Part shown: one piece after another, positions 6,237-6,511 of the stretch
How positions within the stretch are numbered: position 1 is the stretch's first letter
Layout of the letters: the number at the start of each line of letters is the position of its first letter
IMG/VR virus record: IMGVR_UViG_2541047126_000018
Strand: one strand, 5' to 3'
DNA: 6,511 nucleotides
Source: a virus
Lineage: Duplodnaviria > Heunggongvirae > Uroviricota > Caudoviricetes
The notes under the pieces: model-generated
Told to the model about the DNA's origin: nothing
The model's database searches: none
Seen by the model: only the letters and a program-made list of their open reading frames with translations
Position numbers and translations under genes: made by a program

Positions 6237-6395
6237 AAGATCAACACGCTTTAACCGTTATCATTTTCCGGCCATCCGTTATGAAGCTGGTGGATGTTCC
6301 CCGATATGGGTATCCCCACCTACCTGGCTTTTTTTCCGGTTAAATGTTAATCAGGCTGGTGGCCTTTACATACCCTTGATCACGGTAATGATGAT

Positions 6396-6511
6396 TCAGG
6401 TGCGTACCTTTTCCCCAGTGGGGTAAAAGCTCCAACCGTAACGATGTTCGTTGTGGTTGCCTTGATGGTCTGCGTGGTCATTATGACCATTCAGAATTTG
6501 AAGGGTGATGT
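6396..6511 (-). CDS. Possible 3' end of a flanking gene (His/Asn/Asp-rich C-terminus); strand ambiguous
   Basis: Minus-strand frame is open from the window edge to TGA at 6398-6396, giving ...ITLQILNGHNDHADHQGNHNEHRYGWSFYPTGEKVRT; the antisense plus frame from ATG 6444 gives a hydrophobic MFVVVALMVCVVIMTIQNLKGD with no convincing SD. Only one can be real. Confidence 0.25.
   Translation of the reverse strand, partial: ITLQILNGHNDHADHQGNHNEHRYGWSFYPTGEKVRT

Larger units (their letters stand above)
1..6340 (-). mobile_element. Partial integrative satellite-like / PICI-like element with P4-family integrase, AlpA, Rep and iteron ori; boundaries not determinable from this window
   Basis: Gene content and order int - cargo - alpA - RHH - small-gene operon - rep - iterons; recombination-site-like repeats upstream of int; no psu/sid/delta-like genes seen. 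Boundaries are inferred. Confidence 0.6.

Noticed and set aside
5947-6239. CRISPR array
   Set aside because: The repeats are short (8-28 bp), of two interleaved kinds, irregularly spaced and without unique spacers of uniform length; no cas genes; the phasing fits protein-binding sites.
6146-6343. 65-aa plus-strand ORF across the second repeat module
   Set aside because: Its Thr/Pro-rich translation is produced by the ACTACACC and CGAACA repeats themselves; no SD; better explained as a protein-binding DNA array.
5926-6511. tRNA or tmRNA integration target next to the P4-type integrase
   Set aside because: I found no T-loop-like GTTC(G/A)A(A/T)TC motif or acceptor-stem/CCA arrangement on either strand, so no tRNA is called; this absence is itself noted in the findings.
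1-6511. Insertion sequence, transposon or toxin-antitoxin pair
   Set aside because: No transposase-like ORF or terminal inverted repeats bracketing a gene; the RHH protein has no adjacent same-strand partner ORF that could serve as a toxin.

Overview
The window reads as one contiguous piece of an enterobacterial-type integrative mobile element (phage-satellite / PICI / P4-integrase island style), with almost every gene on the minus strand. From high to low coordinate: a P4-family tyrosine integrase (4702-5925), a translationally coupled, strikingly low-GC 257-aa orphan cargo gene (3932-4705), an AlpA-family regulator (3616-3840), a divergently transcribed small ribbon-helix-helix regulator on the plus strand (3302-3481), then a tightly overlapping operon of five small unknown proteins ending in a 466-aa RecA-like Rep ATPase (321-1721), followed by an iteron array that looks like the origin of replication (about 133-322). 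Upstream of int lies a highly ordered repeat array (5947-6237) that looks like recombination arm sites or another multi-protein binding platform. No tRNA, rRNA, CRISPR array or IS element is visible. The best candidate for an undescribed system is the low-GC cargo gene fused to the integrase transcript; the five-gene small-protein operon under the RHH-controlled divergent promoter is the second. All functional calls come from reading motifs and gene context by eye; no database search was run.
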